DNA of 63,351 nt, the filler included, from an uncultured bacterium (GTDB lineage: Bacteria; B130-G9), in assembly GCA_965372715.1 (NCBI GenBank). It is 5 parts of 5 records of this genome, joined end to end, with 100 filler letters (N's around TTAATTAATTAA, not from the genome) between each part and the next. Parts side by side here need not be neighbours in the genome. Positions count along the whole stretch, not along the records: positions 1 to 15,503 come from CBDVDH010000071.1; positions 15,604 to 30,395 come from CBDVDH010000072.1; 3 more parts are not named here. The stretch is one strand, 5' to 3'. Numbering within the stretch: position 1 is the stretch's first letter; the number at the start of each line of letters is the position of its first letter. The notes below the pieces were generated by a model, which ran no database searches, was not told the origin of the DNA, and saw nothing but the letters and a program-made list of their open reading frames with translations. Of this stretch, positions 9,593 through 18,440 are shown in pieces. Made by a program: the position numbers and the translations under genes.

Positions 9593-11179
9593 TTGCCTGA
9601 CGTCAAAAGCGGGGACAGGGAGATCACGCGGGCGGCCTCGGTCGTCGGGGCGGGGACGCTGCTGAGCAGGGTACTGGGCCTTGTCCGCGACGTCATTATC
9701 ACGAGCCTTTTCCCCGCCGGGACCTCGCTCGACGCATTTGTTGTGGCGTTCAGGATACCGAACCTGCTCCGCCGCCTCTTCGGCGAGGGCGCACTCAACG
9801 CGGCGTTCGTGCCCGTGTTCTCGGAGTATCTCACGAAGCGGTCGAGGCGCGAGGCGTTTGATCTAGCCAGGACTGTCATCACGGCGCTGTTCCTGATTCT
9901 GGCGATGATAACCGCGCTCGCGGTAGTATTTGCCCCACAGTTTCTGAACATTCAGGTTTCTGGCTGGGCCGATGGCGGCGGCGCGGGCAAGGTCGATCTC
10001 ACGACAAAGCTACTGCGCATCATGTTCCCCTACGTGATTCTGATCTGCCTCACGGCGCTTGCGGCCGCGATGCTGAACACGATGAAGCACTTCGCGTCTG
10101 GGGCGTTCTATCCGGTCCTGCTGAATGTCTCGATCATCGCCTCTGCCTTGCTGTTGAGCGGCTATTTCAACGAGCCGGTCACGGCGCTTGCGGTCGGTGT
10201 CATCATTGGCGGTGTGCTTCAACTGCTCGTTCAGGCGCCGCCGCTTATCAAACGGGGCTTTTCGTTCAAACCGATGCTTCGGCTGAGGCATCCCGGGCTA
10301 CGCCGAATCATCCTTCTAATGCTGCCGGCAATGCTGGGATTCGGCGTCGTAGAGATAAACAGCTATGTCGATATGCTTCTCGCCTCGTTTCTTTCGCCGG
10401 GCAGCAACTCGTATCTTTTCTTCGCCAACCGCCTCGTGCAGCTCCCGCTTGCGCTGTTTGGGATAGCCGTCGCCACGCCCATTCTGCCGAAGCTGTCAAA
10501 GCTCTTCGCACAGGGCAAGACGGAGGAGTTCCAGAGCACGTTCGGCCTGGGCATGCGCCTCATCGTCTTCTTCACACTGCCATCGACAGCGGGCCTGATC
10601 CTGCTCAGAAAACCGATCGTGAACCTTCTGTTTGAACGAGGCGCATTCACGAGGGAGACGACGGATGCTGTCGCGTTCGCCCTTCTGTTCTACGCGATGG
10701 GCGTCTTCGCGTTCGCCGCCGTTAAGCTTGCGGCCACAGTCTTCTACGCCCAGAAGGACACCAAGACGCCTGTTATCGTCGCGACGGTCGCTCTCTTGTC
10801 CAACGTAATCCTAAACCTCATCTTAATGCGCTATTTGGCCCACGGAGGCCTTGCGCTCGCCTCGTCAATCTCATCGTTCCTCAATTTCGGGCTTCTCGTC
10901 TTTCTCGCCGGAAAAAAGGCCGTTGCCCGCCTCGCCAGGACGGACATGGCGGCGATCCTGAAGGCCGTGATAGCAACGCTCGTCATGACGTTGGGCTGCC
11001 TCGCGCTTAGGACGCTGGTCGGCTACGATTTCGCCGCCCCGTTCGGCCAACGGCTCCTGCAACTTGCGGCGATCTTGGTCGGCTCAGTCCTTATTTTTGC
11101 ATGGATCAGCAAGCTCCTCCGCTGCGAGGAGCTCGGGCTCTTCATCTCATCGTTCACCAGAAGGCGAAACGACAAATGA
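9593..11179 (+). CDS. murJ: Lipid II flippase MurJ (MviN)
   Basis: SRVLGLVRD, AFRIPNLLRRLFGEGALNAAFVP, RLVQLPLALFG, FYAQKDTKTP; many TM helices. Confidence 0.96.
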   Translation: MPDVKSGDREITRAASVVGAGTLLSRVLGLVRDVIITSLFPAGTSLDAFVVAFRIPNLLRRLFGEGALNAAFVPVFSEYLTKRSRREAFDLARTVITALFLILAMITALAVVFAPQFLNIQVSGWADGGGAGKVDLTTKLLRIMFPYVILICLTALAAAMLNTMKHFASGAFYPVLLNVSIIASALLLSGYFNEPVTALAVGVIIGGVLQLLVQAPPLIKRGFSFKPMLRLRHPGLRRIILLMLPAMLGFGVVEINSYVDMLLASFLSPGSNSYLFFANRLVQLPLALFGIAVATPILPKLSKLFAQGKTEEFQSTFGLGMRLIVFFTLPSTAGLILLRKPIVNLLFERGAFTRETTDAVAFALLFYAMGVFAFAAVKLAATVFYAQKDTKTPVIVATVALLSNVILNLILMRYLAHGGLALASSISSFLNFGLLVFLAGKKAVARLARTDMAAILKAVIATLVMTLGCLALRTLVGYDFAAPFGQRLLQLAAILVGSVLIFAWISKLLRCEELGLFISSFTRRRNDK

Positions 11180-11196
11180 AAGAGAACATTCTCGTC

Positions 11197-11264
11197 CAAT
11201 CTGCGCAATCCGTGTAATCTGCGGACAGAGGTTGAAACCACGAATGAGCACGAATGAGCACAAA
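11197..11264. repeat. 9-mer tandem repeat followed by a 10-mer (CACGAATGAG) tandem repeat
   Basis: caatctgcgcaatccgtgtaatctgcggaca, then ccacgaatgagcacgaatgagcacaaa. Confidence 0.8.
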
Positions 11265-11289
11265 CAAACCAGGGAGGAGATGAGGAGAG

Positions 11290-11856
11290 ATGCCGAGCGA
11301 CTGTGCGCGTTTGATGCTGCACGAGTTCAAGGGCTGTCTCGTTGATATCTTCGACACTCCACCTTGCGCAGTGCTTATCGCATTGAAGGGCGAAGTCCTA
11401 CACGAGGTGACGCTGGCATCTGACCCGGAAGACCGAGAGCTCTTTCTAGAGATGCGCGGACATTTGGACAGCCTGCGTGGTCGGCGTAAAAGGCCTCATT
11501 CTGTGGCCAGAGAAATCCGTAAGCACCTCTTTGGCGAGGGCATCCCCGATTATTCGGACGTGATTCTGGACCCGGCGATAGGCACCAATTTTCGGCGCCG
11601 CATCTGGGAGGTGACGAGGACCGTCCCCTACGGCGAGACCAGGACCTACAAATGGCTCGCGGAACAGGCTGGCAGCCCGCGGGCATATCGGGCAGCAGGC
11701 TCCGCGATGGCGAACAACCCGTTCGCGCTCGTCGTCCCCTGTCACCGCATCATCGCCTCAGACGGCTCCCTGGGCGGCTTCGGCGGCGGCCTGGACCTGA
11801 AGAGGACGCTGCTTGCGCTGGAGTGTCCGCACTACCGACGACAGTTGCGGCGATAA
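11290..11856 (+). CDS. ogt: Methylated-DNA-[protein]-cysteine S-methyltransferase
   Basis: VPYGETRTY, RAAGSAMANNP, PCHR active site, LLALE. Confidence 0.93.
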   Translation: MPSDCARLMLHEFKGCLVDIFDTPPCAVLIALKGEVLHEVTLASDPEDRELFLEMRGHLDSLRGRRKRPHSVAREIRKHLFGEGIPDYSDVILDPAIGTNFRRRIWEVTRTVPYGETRTYKWLAEQAGSPRAYRAAGSAMANNPFALVVPCHRIIASDGSLGGFGGGLDLKRTLLALECPHYRRQLRR

Positions 11857-11934
11857 GCCCATCTATGGCATTCTGCGGATACTGAAAGTAGTGCGGCGCA
11901 TAATCCAAAGCGGTGATGCAGCGAAGAGGCGAGA

Positions 11935-12744
11935 ATGTCGAGATTACAGGAACTCAAGGACTTGAGGGCGAAGGTTCAGTATCTGGGCGTGGAGCGGGTG
12001 CTGGGATTCCTGCTCAAGATGGGGATTCGCGGCAAGAGCGAGTTTTTCTTGCCGACGCTCATTGAAAAGCCCGAGGCAAACCGCGTGTTAGTTCTCGCTC
12101 CGCATCCGGATGACGACGTGATCGGCTGCGGCGGGACGCTGTGCAAGCACGTGCAGGCTGATGACGAGGTTATGGTCGCTTACATGACCGACGGCTCGCG
12201 GGGCAATACCGACCTGCGGGAGAGCCTAAACCTCGTCGCCAAGAGAAAGGATGAGGCGCAGAAGGCGGCGGCGGTTCTAGGCGTCAAGAAGCTCAAGTTC
12301 TTGGGCTTTCAGGACCAGAAGCTCGAGTATTTCATCGCTGATTGCGCCAGCGCAATCGCCGATATTCTGCTCGATTATGAGCCTGACTTAGTTTACTTGC
12401 CGTTTCCGCTGGACTACAACCGGGACCACGTGGCCGCGGCGCGGATAGCCGTTCTGGCATTCGAAGAGCTCGACTATCTCTGCAACGTCTTGGCATACGA
12501 GATCGCGCCGCCAATCCTGCCCAACCGCATCGTTGACATCACGAAGCAGGTTGATGTCAAGCGAAAGGCTTTGATGTGCCACAAGAGCCAGATGGCTCAG
12601 AACGACTACGTGAACATTATGATAGAGGGCTTGGGCAGGTATCGCACTCACGGCCTACTACGGGGTAACGGCTACGCCGAGGCGTTCTTCAAATGCGACG
12701 GCGACTATTTGGCATTCTTGATCAAGCGGATGGACGAGAGGTAG
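11935..12744 (+). CDS. PIG-L/LmbE family de-N-acetylase
   Basis: APHPDDDVIGCGG, TDGSRG, DH, HKSQ, AEAF. Confidence 0.9.
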   Translation: MSRLQELKDLRAKVQYLGVERVLGFLLKMGIRGKSEFFLPTLIEKPEANRVLVLAPHPDDDVIGCGGTLCKHVQADDEVMVAYMTDGSRGNTDLRESLNLVAKRKDEAQKAAAVLGVKKLKFLGFQDQKLEYFIADCASAIADILLDYEPDLVYLPFPLDYNRDHVAAARIAVLAFEELDYLCNVLAYEIAPPILPNRIVDITKQVDVKRKALMCHKSQMAQNDYVNIMIEGLGRYRTHGLLRGNGYAEAFFKCDGDYLAFLIKRMDER

Positions 12745-12763
12745 GGGCGAATTGCATTCGCCC
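12741..12763 (+). repeat. GTAG REP variant overlapping the PIG-L stop codon
   Basis: gtaggggcgaattgcattcgccc; TAG at 12742-12744 is the gene's stop. Confidence 0.8.
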
Positions 12764-12919
12764 GTTGGCAGTTGAAGGGCGGAGACAAATGAGGCTGGCA
12801 CATAATCAGCGGACGGTTTTGCGTAGAGGCAGGCCTTGTCCGCGATAGCTTCCGCCGGCGAGGTTCATCGACCTCGGCCCCTCGGCGAGCAGGAGGTTTA
12901 ATAATAGGAGCTTTTTCAC

Positions 12920-12951
12920 CACAGAGACACAGAGACACAGAGACACGGAGA
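12920..12951. repeat. Octamer tandem repeat (CACAGAGA)x4
   Basis: cacagaga x3 plus cacggaga, ending 4 bp before ATG 12956. Confidence 0.85.
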
Positions 12952-12955
12952 GAAA

Positions 12956-13816
12956 ATGCAGAATCGGTATTGTTGCGATCAGGGAGACTTTGGGAAGTAC
13001 GGCCTGCTGCGGTGTCTATGCGATGCCGACGCTCACGGTGAGGCACTGCGGCTCGGCCTGTTGTGGTATTTGGTTCCTGACGAAGCTGGTAGCTCAGATG
13101 GGAAACATACAAGCTACTTACGTGACACGGTCCGGAATCGACGCGAATATCGGGAGTGTGATCCAGAGCTATGGGAAAGCCTGAAACCTCTTCTTAAATG
13201 CGGCAGACGCAACATAAGGGCGATTCAGGAAGAGGGCATCCTGCCTCCTGGGACGGTCTTCTTTGAGGAGCCACTTGCATGGCCGGCCAACCTGCGCGCC
13301 AACACAAGTGCGGGGCGAAAGGCACTCCTCGAACACCGGGAGAAATGGTGGCAACGAGGGTTCGATCGCACAGAGGGATGTCAGGTCATAAACTTTGACC
13401 CGGACAATGGCCTCGAGGTGGAGAGCGTGCCTCGATACGGGTGCAAAGGGCCTAAATATGTCTTCATGGACGAGGTCGTGCCGTTCTATAAGCGTGGCCA
13501 AAGTTTGGTCGTTTATCAGCATATTAACCACAGCAAACCGGCAACTGAACAGGTGGAGGACCGCCTGAAACAGCTTCGGGAAGCCACTGGTGCAGGAAGC
13601 GCTTTCGCAATGCACTATCATCGCGGCACCGCCCGGTTTTATCTCGTCATCCCTACTGAGAAACACGCGGAAACGCTGCAAAGGCGCGCGAGGCAGATGT
13701 GCGAAGGCCCTTGGGCCAGACACTTCACACTTCCACCTAACAGAGCTAAAATAGCAATAATAGAGGAAAAGCGGTCGATTAAGAGTTTGAGGAATGGGCA
13801 GGACTTACCAGGTTGA
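12956..13816 (+). CDS. Conserved hypothetical protein (N-terminal GDFGKYGLLR, internal FDPDNG)
   Basis: 286-aa ORF with MQNRY..GDFGKYGLLR, FDPDNGLE and SLVVYQH motifs recalled from an uncharacterised family. Confidence 0.75.
   Translation: MQNRYCCDQGDFGKYGLLRCLCDADAHGEALRLGLLWYLVPDEAGSSDGKHTSYLRDTVRNRREYRECDPELWESLKPLLKCGRRNIRAIQEEGILPPGTVFFEEPLAWPANLRANTSAGRKALLEHREKWWQRGFDRTEGCQVINFDPDNGLEVESVPRYGCKGPKYVFMDEVVPFYKRGQSLVVYQHINHSKPATEQVEDRLKQLREATGAGSAFAMHYHRGTARFYLVIPTEKHAETLQRRARQMCEGPWARHFTLPPNRAKIAIIEEKRSIKSLRNGQDLPG
13724..13752 (+). promoter_or_regulatory. Putative sigma70 promoter of the RACo gene, inside the 3' end of the upstream ORF
   Basis: TTCACA-N17-TAAAAT about 40 bp upstream of ATG 13794. 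Confidence 0.55.
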
Positions 13817-15419
13817 TGTGGAGCCGGATGGCATCAGGGCTTCGGCGTCCGTAGATGAGAACCTCATGGAGGTCTTGGCCCGCCATTCGATCGTTCTGAC
13901 TGCGCCGTGCGGCGGCAAGGGGCGCTGCAAGAAATGCCGCGTTTTTGTGAAGGAACCTGGCGAGGAGCCTGGCCGCGAGATTCAGGAGGTTCTTGCCTGC
14001 CAGTATCGCGTCCATTCGGACATCCGCGTTACCGTTCCCGGCGCCTCACGCATCGAAGTATCGGCGGACGAAGTTGAGCCGAAAGAGGCGATCAGAACCG
14101 CGCTTTCAGTGGAGCTGTCTCCGTCCGTGGATGCCGGTGGGCTGCCTAAGGGCAAGAAGACACGGCGGATACTCGGGCTTGCCGTCGATCTGGGGACGAC
14201 CACGGTCTCGGCGTCGCTCCTCGACCTCGAGGCGGGCGAGCCGCTCGGCTTTGCGAGCGTGATGAACCAGCAGACGCAGTTCGGTGCGGACGTGATAACG
14301 CGAATAGGTTACTCGCAGAAGGGCGCGGCTTATCGCAAGGAGCTCTCCGAGGCGCTTGCGGAGAGCGTGCGACTCCTTGCGCGGGCGCTGCTGTCAAAAG
14401 CCGCGTCGAGGCCGTCCGACGTTCGTCATATTGTCTTCGCGGGGAACACCACTATGTTCGCGACGCTGATTGAGCTCGATTGCACGCCGCTTGTTACGCC
14501 GCCGTACCGCGCCCCTATGCTAAAGTGGTACACTCTCAGGCCGCCAAGCTTGCCCGCCGTCCACGAGCTTGGCCTTGCGTCCCGGACGAGGCTCGATCTC
14601 CTTCCCGGCATCGGCGGTTTTGTAGGCAGCGACGCCCTGTCAGGCCTGCTGATTGCCAGGATGAGAGCGGCAGACGCCCCGTTCGTTTTTCTGGACGTAG
14701 GCACTAACTCAGAGGTGGTCGTCTCCTCAGGCGATGGGTTCGTCGCCTCTTCAGCCGCGGCCGGCCCGGCGTTTGAGGGCGGCGAGCTCAGCTGTGGGAT
14801 GCCCGCAATGCACGGGGCGATACACAGGGTCCGATTCGCAAATGGCCGCTTGACATACAAGGTCATAGGCGACGCCAAGCCGGTCGGCATCTGCGGCTCG
14901 GGGCTCATCGACGTTTGCGCCTCGCTCGTGGGCTCAGGAGCGATTGAGCCGTCGGGGTGCTTTTGCGAGGACATACGCTCCCTTCCGGCGTGCATTGCCG
15001 AGCGGATGGGCCGCAAGGACGGTCAGGTGGCGTTTTTCTTCAATGAGAACGCCTGGCTCACACAAGAGGACGTGAGGAAGGCGCAGCTAGCCAAGAGCGC
15101 CATAAGAACTTGCATCGACTTCTTGCTTGCTGAGGCTCGTGTTGAACCCGGCTCCGTCAAGCGAGTCATGCTCGGTGGGGCGTTCGGCAGCCTTGTGGAC
15201 CCGCAGTCGGCGGAGACGATTGGCCTGCTTCCGATCTTCGAGAACGCGACGAAGGAATCGCTCGGCAACACGTCCCTGGCAGGAGCGATACTGACGCTTC
15301 TAGCAAAGCGCAAGCTGGCCGAGATTGACCAGCTTCGCAGCAGGACGAGATACCTCAACCTCGCTGGACGGCCCGAATTTCAGGAGCGCTTCGCAGCGAA
15401 CCTCGCATTCGAGGCCTGA
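13794..15419 (+). CDS. ASKHA/DUF4445 protein with N-terminal 2Fe-2S domain (RACo-like corrinoid reactivator)
   Basis: PCGGKGRCKKC..LACQ, DLGTTT, FGADVITRI, DVGTNSE, AGPAFEG, GICGSG. Confidence 0.92.
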   Translation: MGRTYQVDVEPDGIRASASVDENLMEVLARHSIVLTAPCGGKGRCKKCRVFVKEPGEEPGREIQEVLACQYRVHSDIRVTVPGASRIEVSADEVEPKEAIRTALSVELSPSVDAGGLPKGKKTRRILGLAVDLGTTTVSASLLDLEAGEPLGFASVMNQQTQFGADVITRIGYSQKGAAYRKELSEALAESVRLLARALLSKAASRPSDVRHIVFAGNTTMFATLIELDCTPLVTPPYRAPMLKWYTLRPPSLPAVHELGLASRTRLDLLPGIGGFVGSDALSGLLIARMRAADAPFVFLDVGTNSEVVVSSGDGFVASSAAAGPAFEGGELSCGMPAMHGAIHRVRFANGRLTYKVIGDAKPVGICGSGLIDVCASLVGSGAIEPSGCFCEDIRSLPACIAERMGRKDGQVAFFFNENAWLTQEDVRKAQLAKSAIRTCIDFLLAEARVEPGSVKRVMLGGAFGSLVDPQSAETIGLLPIFENATKESLGNTSLAGAILTLLAKRKLAEIDQLRSRTRYLNLAGRPEFQERFAANLAFEA

Positions 15420-15441
15420 TTTGGCGGTCCGATTTCGGTGT

Positions 15442-15503
15442 GTAGGGGCGGCTCACGAGCCGCCCTCAATATATGCACACCTGTCAGACGAGGGCGGCTC
15501 GTG
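15442..15503. repeat. GTAG REPIN truncated by the contig end
   Basis: gtaggggcggctcacgagccgccc and a partial inverted copy gggcggctcgtg. Confidence 0.85.
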
Positions 15504-15603
15504 NNNNNNNNNNNNNNNNNNNNNNNNNNNNNNNNNNNNNNNNNNNNTTAATTAATTAANNNNNNNNNNNNNNNNNNNNNNNNNNNNNNNNNNNNNNNNN
15601 NNN
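15504..15603. other. Artificial contig linker
   Basis: N44-TTAATTAATTAA-N44 (stops in all six frames). Confidence 0.99.
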
Positions 15604-15755
15604 ACCCACGGCTACCCACATGATGCCCTTTCAGGGCATTGAAGCATCACTCTCGAACCGTCCCCGTCTGCCGCCCAGAATCCCTCAAAGTCAGCCCGGC
15701 AGCACACTTGCAGGCCCCCAGGGCATACTATTACGAAAACTCCTCGTCGCCTCAC

Positions 15756-15784
15756 TTGACACTTGGGGCTTCTTGAGTCATATT
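15756..15784 (+). promoter_or_regulatory. Putative sigma70 promoter upstream of the EPS cluster
   Basis: TTGACA-N17-CATATT. Confidence 0.5.
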
Positions 15785-15805
15785 ACTTTTGATAGTCGAG
15801 TGAAT

Positions 15806-15900
15806 AGCAAAGCTAACGCTTTCACTGCGGGCAGTGAGACGTTGACGTATGAGCTTCGCGGTCCACCCGGCGCTTGGAGTAATCGATGGGTCAAGAGAGC
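15806..15900 (+). ncRNA. Structured 5' leader, possibly a divergent c-di-GMP-I (GEMM-like) riboswitch
   Basis: AGCAAA-stem-loop-GACG..AGCT..GGTCC..ATGGGTCA..GAGC layout; no canonical GNRA loop or GCAAAG. Confidence 0.3.
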
Positions 15901-15971
15901 GACGCCATCGCTCGATGCAGGAAGAAGCAGGCGAGGTCTTAACGAATTGATGACCTTTTACAGGTGGTAGG

Positions 15972-16928
15972 ATGGTCCTGATAGTATGTGTCGATGACAA
16001 TGAGACGATGCTTGACCTAACGGCTGATATTCTGCGCCTCGAGAGGTCCGAGTGCGACATACACGCATTTGTGTCGCCCAAGCAGGCGCTCAGCTTTATA
16101 AAGGAAAGAGGTTGCGACTTACTCCTAACCGATTTCTCAATGCCCGTAATGAATGGCGTAGAACTCATCACGCAAGTCAAGACGCTGAGCCATAGCACGT
16201 ATTGCATTCTGGTTACGGGTAGTAGCCCTTACGCGTTGAGGGAGCATTACCCGGGGGACGTTTTCGACGGTCTTCTAAAGAAGCCTTATTCCTACAGGGA
16301 GTTACTCTCGCTAATTGACGTAGGTCTCAGGGTGAGAGAGGAGAGCCTGGCGAAACAAGCGGTAGAGGTTCCGGCGCCGGAAGCGCTGGCTGAGCCCTCT
16401 GGGATCAGTCGCGACTCTGCTGTGCGTGAGGCTCGCGCATTTTTGGGAAGAGTCTGGGAAGAGGCAGACCTTGCCTCGCCACCCCTGGATGTAGAATACG
16501 GGTGTCAGACACCTGGGTATTTCGCGGTTAGAGTCAAAGATGAGATCGGCAGAGCGATAAGATATTCCCGTTCTCTCACAGTAGTTAAAATCGATCTTGA
16601 CGACCTAACACAGGCTCGAGCCGAGCTTGGTCTGGCGCAGGACGCTGATCTGGCCAAGATGGTCCTTCGGATTATCACTCCTAATCTGAGAAGCTCGGAC
16701 CTGGTCACGTATCGCCACCCGTGGATTCTTCTGCTGTTGCCGGAGACGGCAAGTGACGCTAAGCAGCACGTGATTCAGCGACTTGCAGGCAGCCTTAGGT
16801 CACGGGGCATCCTCGTCGCGAAGGGCCGGGAAGGAAAACCTGGCTTGGCGTTCTCGTCTCGCACCTACTCTTCTGAACGACAGGTTGAGCGGGAGCTTTT
16901 TACAGAGGAGCTTAATCCTGGCGCGTGA
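15972..16928 (+). CDS. Response regulator: REC plus degenerate GGDEF domain
   Basis: VDDN and TDFSMP REC motifs; IDLDD; RSSD I-site retained, GGDEF position reads RHPWI. Confidence 0.85.
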   Translation: MVLIVCVDDNETMLDLTADILRLERSECDIHAFVSPKQALSFIKERGCDLLLTDFSMPVMNGVELITQVKTLSHSTYCILVTGSSPYALREHYPGDVFDGLLKKPYSYRELLSLIDVGLRVREESLAKQAVEVPAPEALAEPSGISRDSAVREARAFLGRVWEEADLASPPLDVEYGCQTPGYFAVRVKDEIGRAIRYSRSLTVVKIDLDDLTQARAELGLAQDADLAKMVLRIITPNLRSSDLVTYRHPWILLLLPETASDAKQHVIQRLAGSLRSRGILVAKGREGKPGLAFSSRTYSSERQVERELFTEELNPGA

Positions 16929-17187
16929 CCACTCCGCTCTATGCGTATCGTCTGTGGACTCTAACACCGAGTGATATTCCAACAAGCCGTTCTGTCTCCA
17001 AACCAAGCCTGAAGTCTTTACGGATGCCGTCTTCTTAAGCGACAAGCAACTTGAGGAATCTCGTGAGGCGCAATACTGTATGGTTCGGAGAACGTCAGCG
17101 GATGGCCATTCAACTCATCGTGGAAAACGCTGCGGGTTTAGTGCCAAGTGCTGAGCAGACGATTGGTCATAGCAATGTGGAACGGTC

Positions 17188-18396
17188 ATGTGCTTGAGAG
17201 CTAGACTCTCAATTGCGATAGCGTTGTCGTTTTTCGCATTGAGTTCCGTGTGTGCCGCGCAAGGGTCGATATCTTTTAGGACTAGTCTCGAGATAACCGG
17301 CAAGTACGAGCGCAATCCCTGGCTAGTCAGCGATACCGAGAAGGAAGGCGAGGGCTACATTAAGGAGGCCTACGTAGTTCAGTATTCCCCGGGAATAGGG
17401 GTTGACTATGCGGCGGATTTTGGTGACTTCGGCCTGAGTTACAAGCCTTACTACAAGACCTACTACGCTTCGGGACGCAAGCGCCGCTCCAGCATGGCGG
17501 GCACGGCTCATTTGGCCGCCCAGCTGTACTTCACAGACAAGTTATCACTGATACTACATGATGGATTAACCGACTCTGTCGTGGGTACTGCGACGTGGTC
17601 TGACGATCCGGACCTTGACAAACGCTACACCGAGAACTCCACCCAAGAGAGTATCCGATACACCCCGGGCTCCAGGCTGGTTCTGACCGTCGGCCATAGA
17701 TCAGAGGGCATTTGGCACCGGAGAGTTGGGGACAAGTCTGGCGACAAGGAGCAGAACGTCGCATTAGGGAGTGTCGGCTATACGTTTGGTAGGGCGACTG
17801 AGGTTGGGGTTACCGGGGACTGGGGCCTAATCGATTGCGAGACGCCCGACCGATACGACGATAGATACGAGTATTCGGTAAGAGGTTATGTTGAACAGCG
17901 ACTTGATGGAATGGAGACTGACGTGAGGGCTGAGGGGGGGGTCGAGACGACCAAATACAAGCACAAGGGTGAGCTCGAAGATGTCCGGGCCGGGAGGTCG
18001 AGCTTCAGCGGGTCTTTGAGCGTCAGGAGGGTCTTGGGGGAGGACACCAGTGCTGAGGTAGTAGCCAGCTCCGCCTATGAGTCGAGCGACGTCTGGGCCG
18101 GAGAGTTCTACAAAAGTACTAACATCCGTGCATCAGTGCGGCACGTGTTCCTAGGCCGGGTCGAGGCGATGTTCGAGGGCGGAGTCGAGCGGCGCAGATA
18201 CTCAGAGGAAAGCGCACGAAGGGACTATGCTTATCGGGTTTCCGCGACGGCGGGGTACAAGCTCTTCAAGTGGTTGTCTTTGAGGGTTGGCTATACTTTT
18301 GCCAAAGTTGACTCGACAATGGAAACATACGAGTATGAGAATCAACAACCCGTGGTAGAAGCTTCTCTCAATCTCGGGTATTCGTTTTCAAGATAA
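17188..18396 (+). CDS. Outer-membrane beta-barrel associated with polysaccharide export
   Basis: Signal peptide, alternating aromatic/Gly beta-strand pattern, C-terminal LGYSF; directly upstream of the OPX gene. Confidence 0.8.
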   Translation: MCLRARLSIAIALSFFALSSVCAAQGSISFRTSLEITGKYERNPWLVSDTEKEGEGYIKEAYVVQYSPGIGVDYAADFGDFGLSYKPYYKTYYASGRKRRSSMAGTAHLAAQLYFTDKLSLILHDGLTDSVVGTATWSDDPDLDKRYTENSTQESIRYTPGSRLVLTVGHRSEGIWHRRVGDKSGDKEQNVALGSVGYTFGRATEVGVTGDWGLIDCETPDRYDDRYEYSVRGYVEQRLDGMETDVRAEGGVETTKYKHKGELEDVRAGRSSFSGSLSVRRVLGEDTSAEVVASSAYESSDVWAGEFYKSTNIRASVRHVFLGRVEAMFEGGVERRRYSEESARRDYAYRVSATAGYKLFKWLSLRVGYTFAKVDSTMETYEYENQQPVVEASLNLGYSFSR

Positions 18397-18440
18397 GTTC
18401 ACGATTTTCGGTTTCAGAAGTTCCGGAGGGAGCAGCTGTT

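Noticed and set aside
15504-15603. TTAATTAATTAA palindrome flanked by Ns, recurring about every 14.5 kb
   Set aside because: Artificial six-frame-stop linker. Contig lengths decrease (14792, 14674, 14337 bp), suggesting size-sorted concatenation, so synteny across gaps is meaningless.
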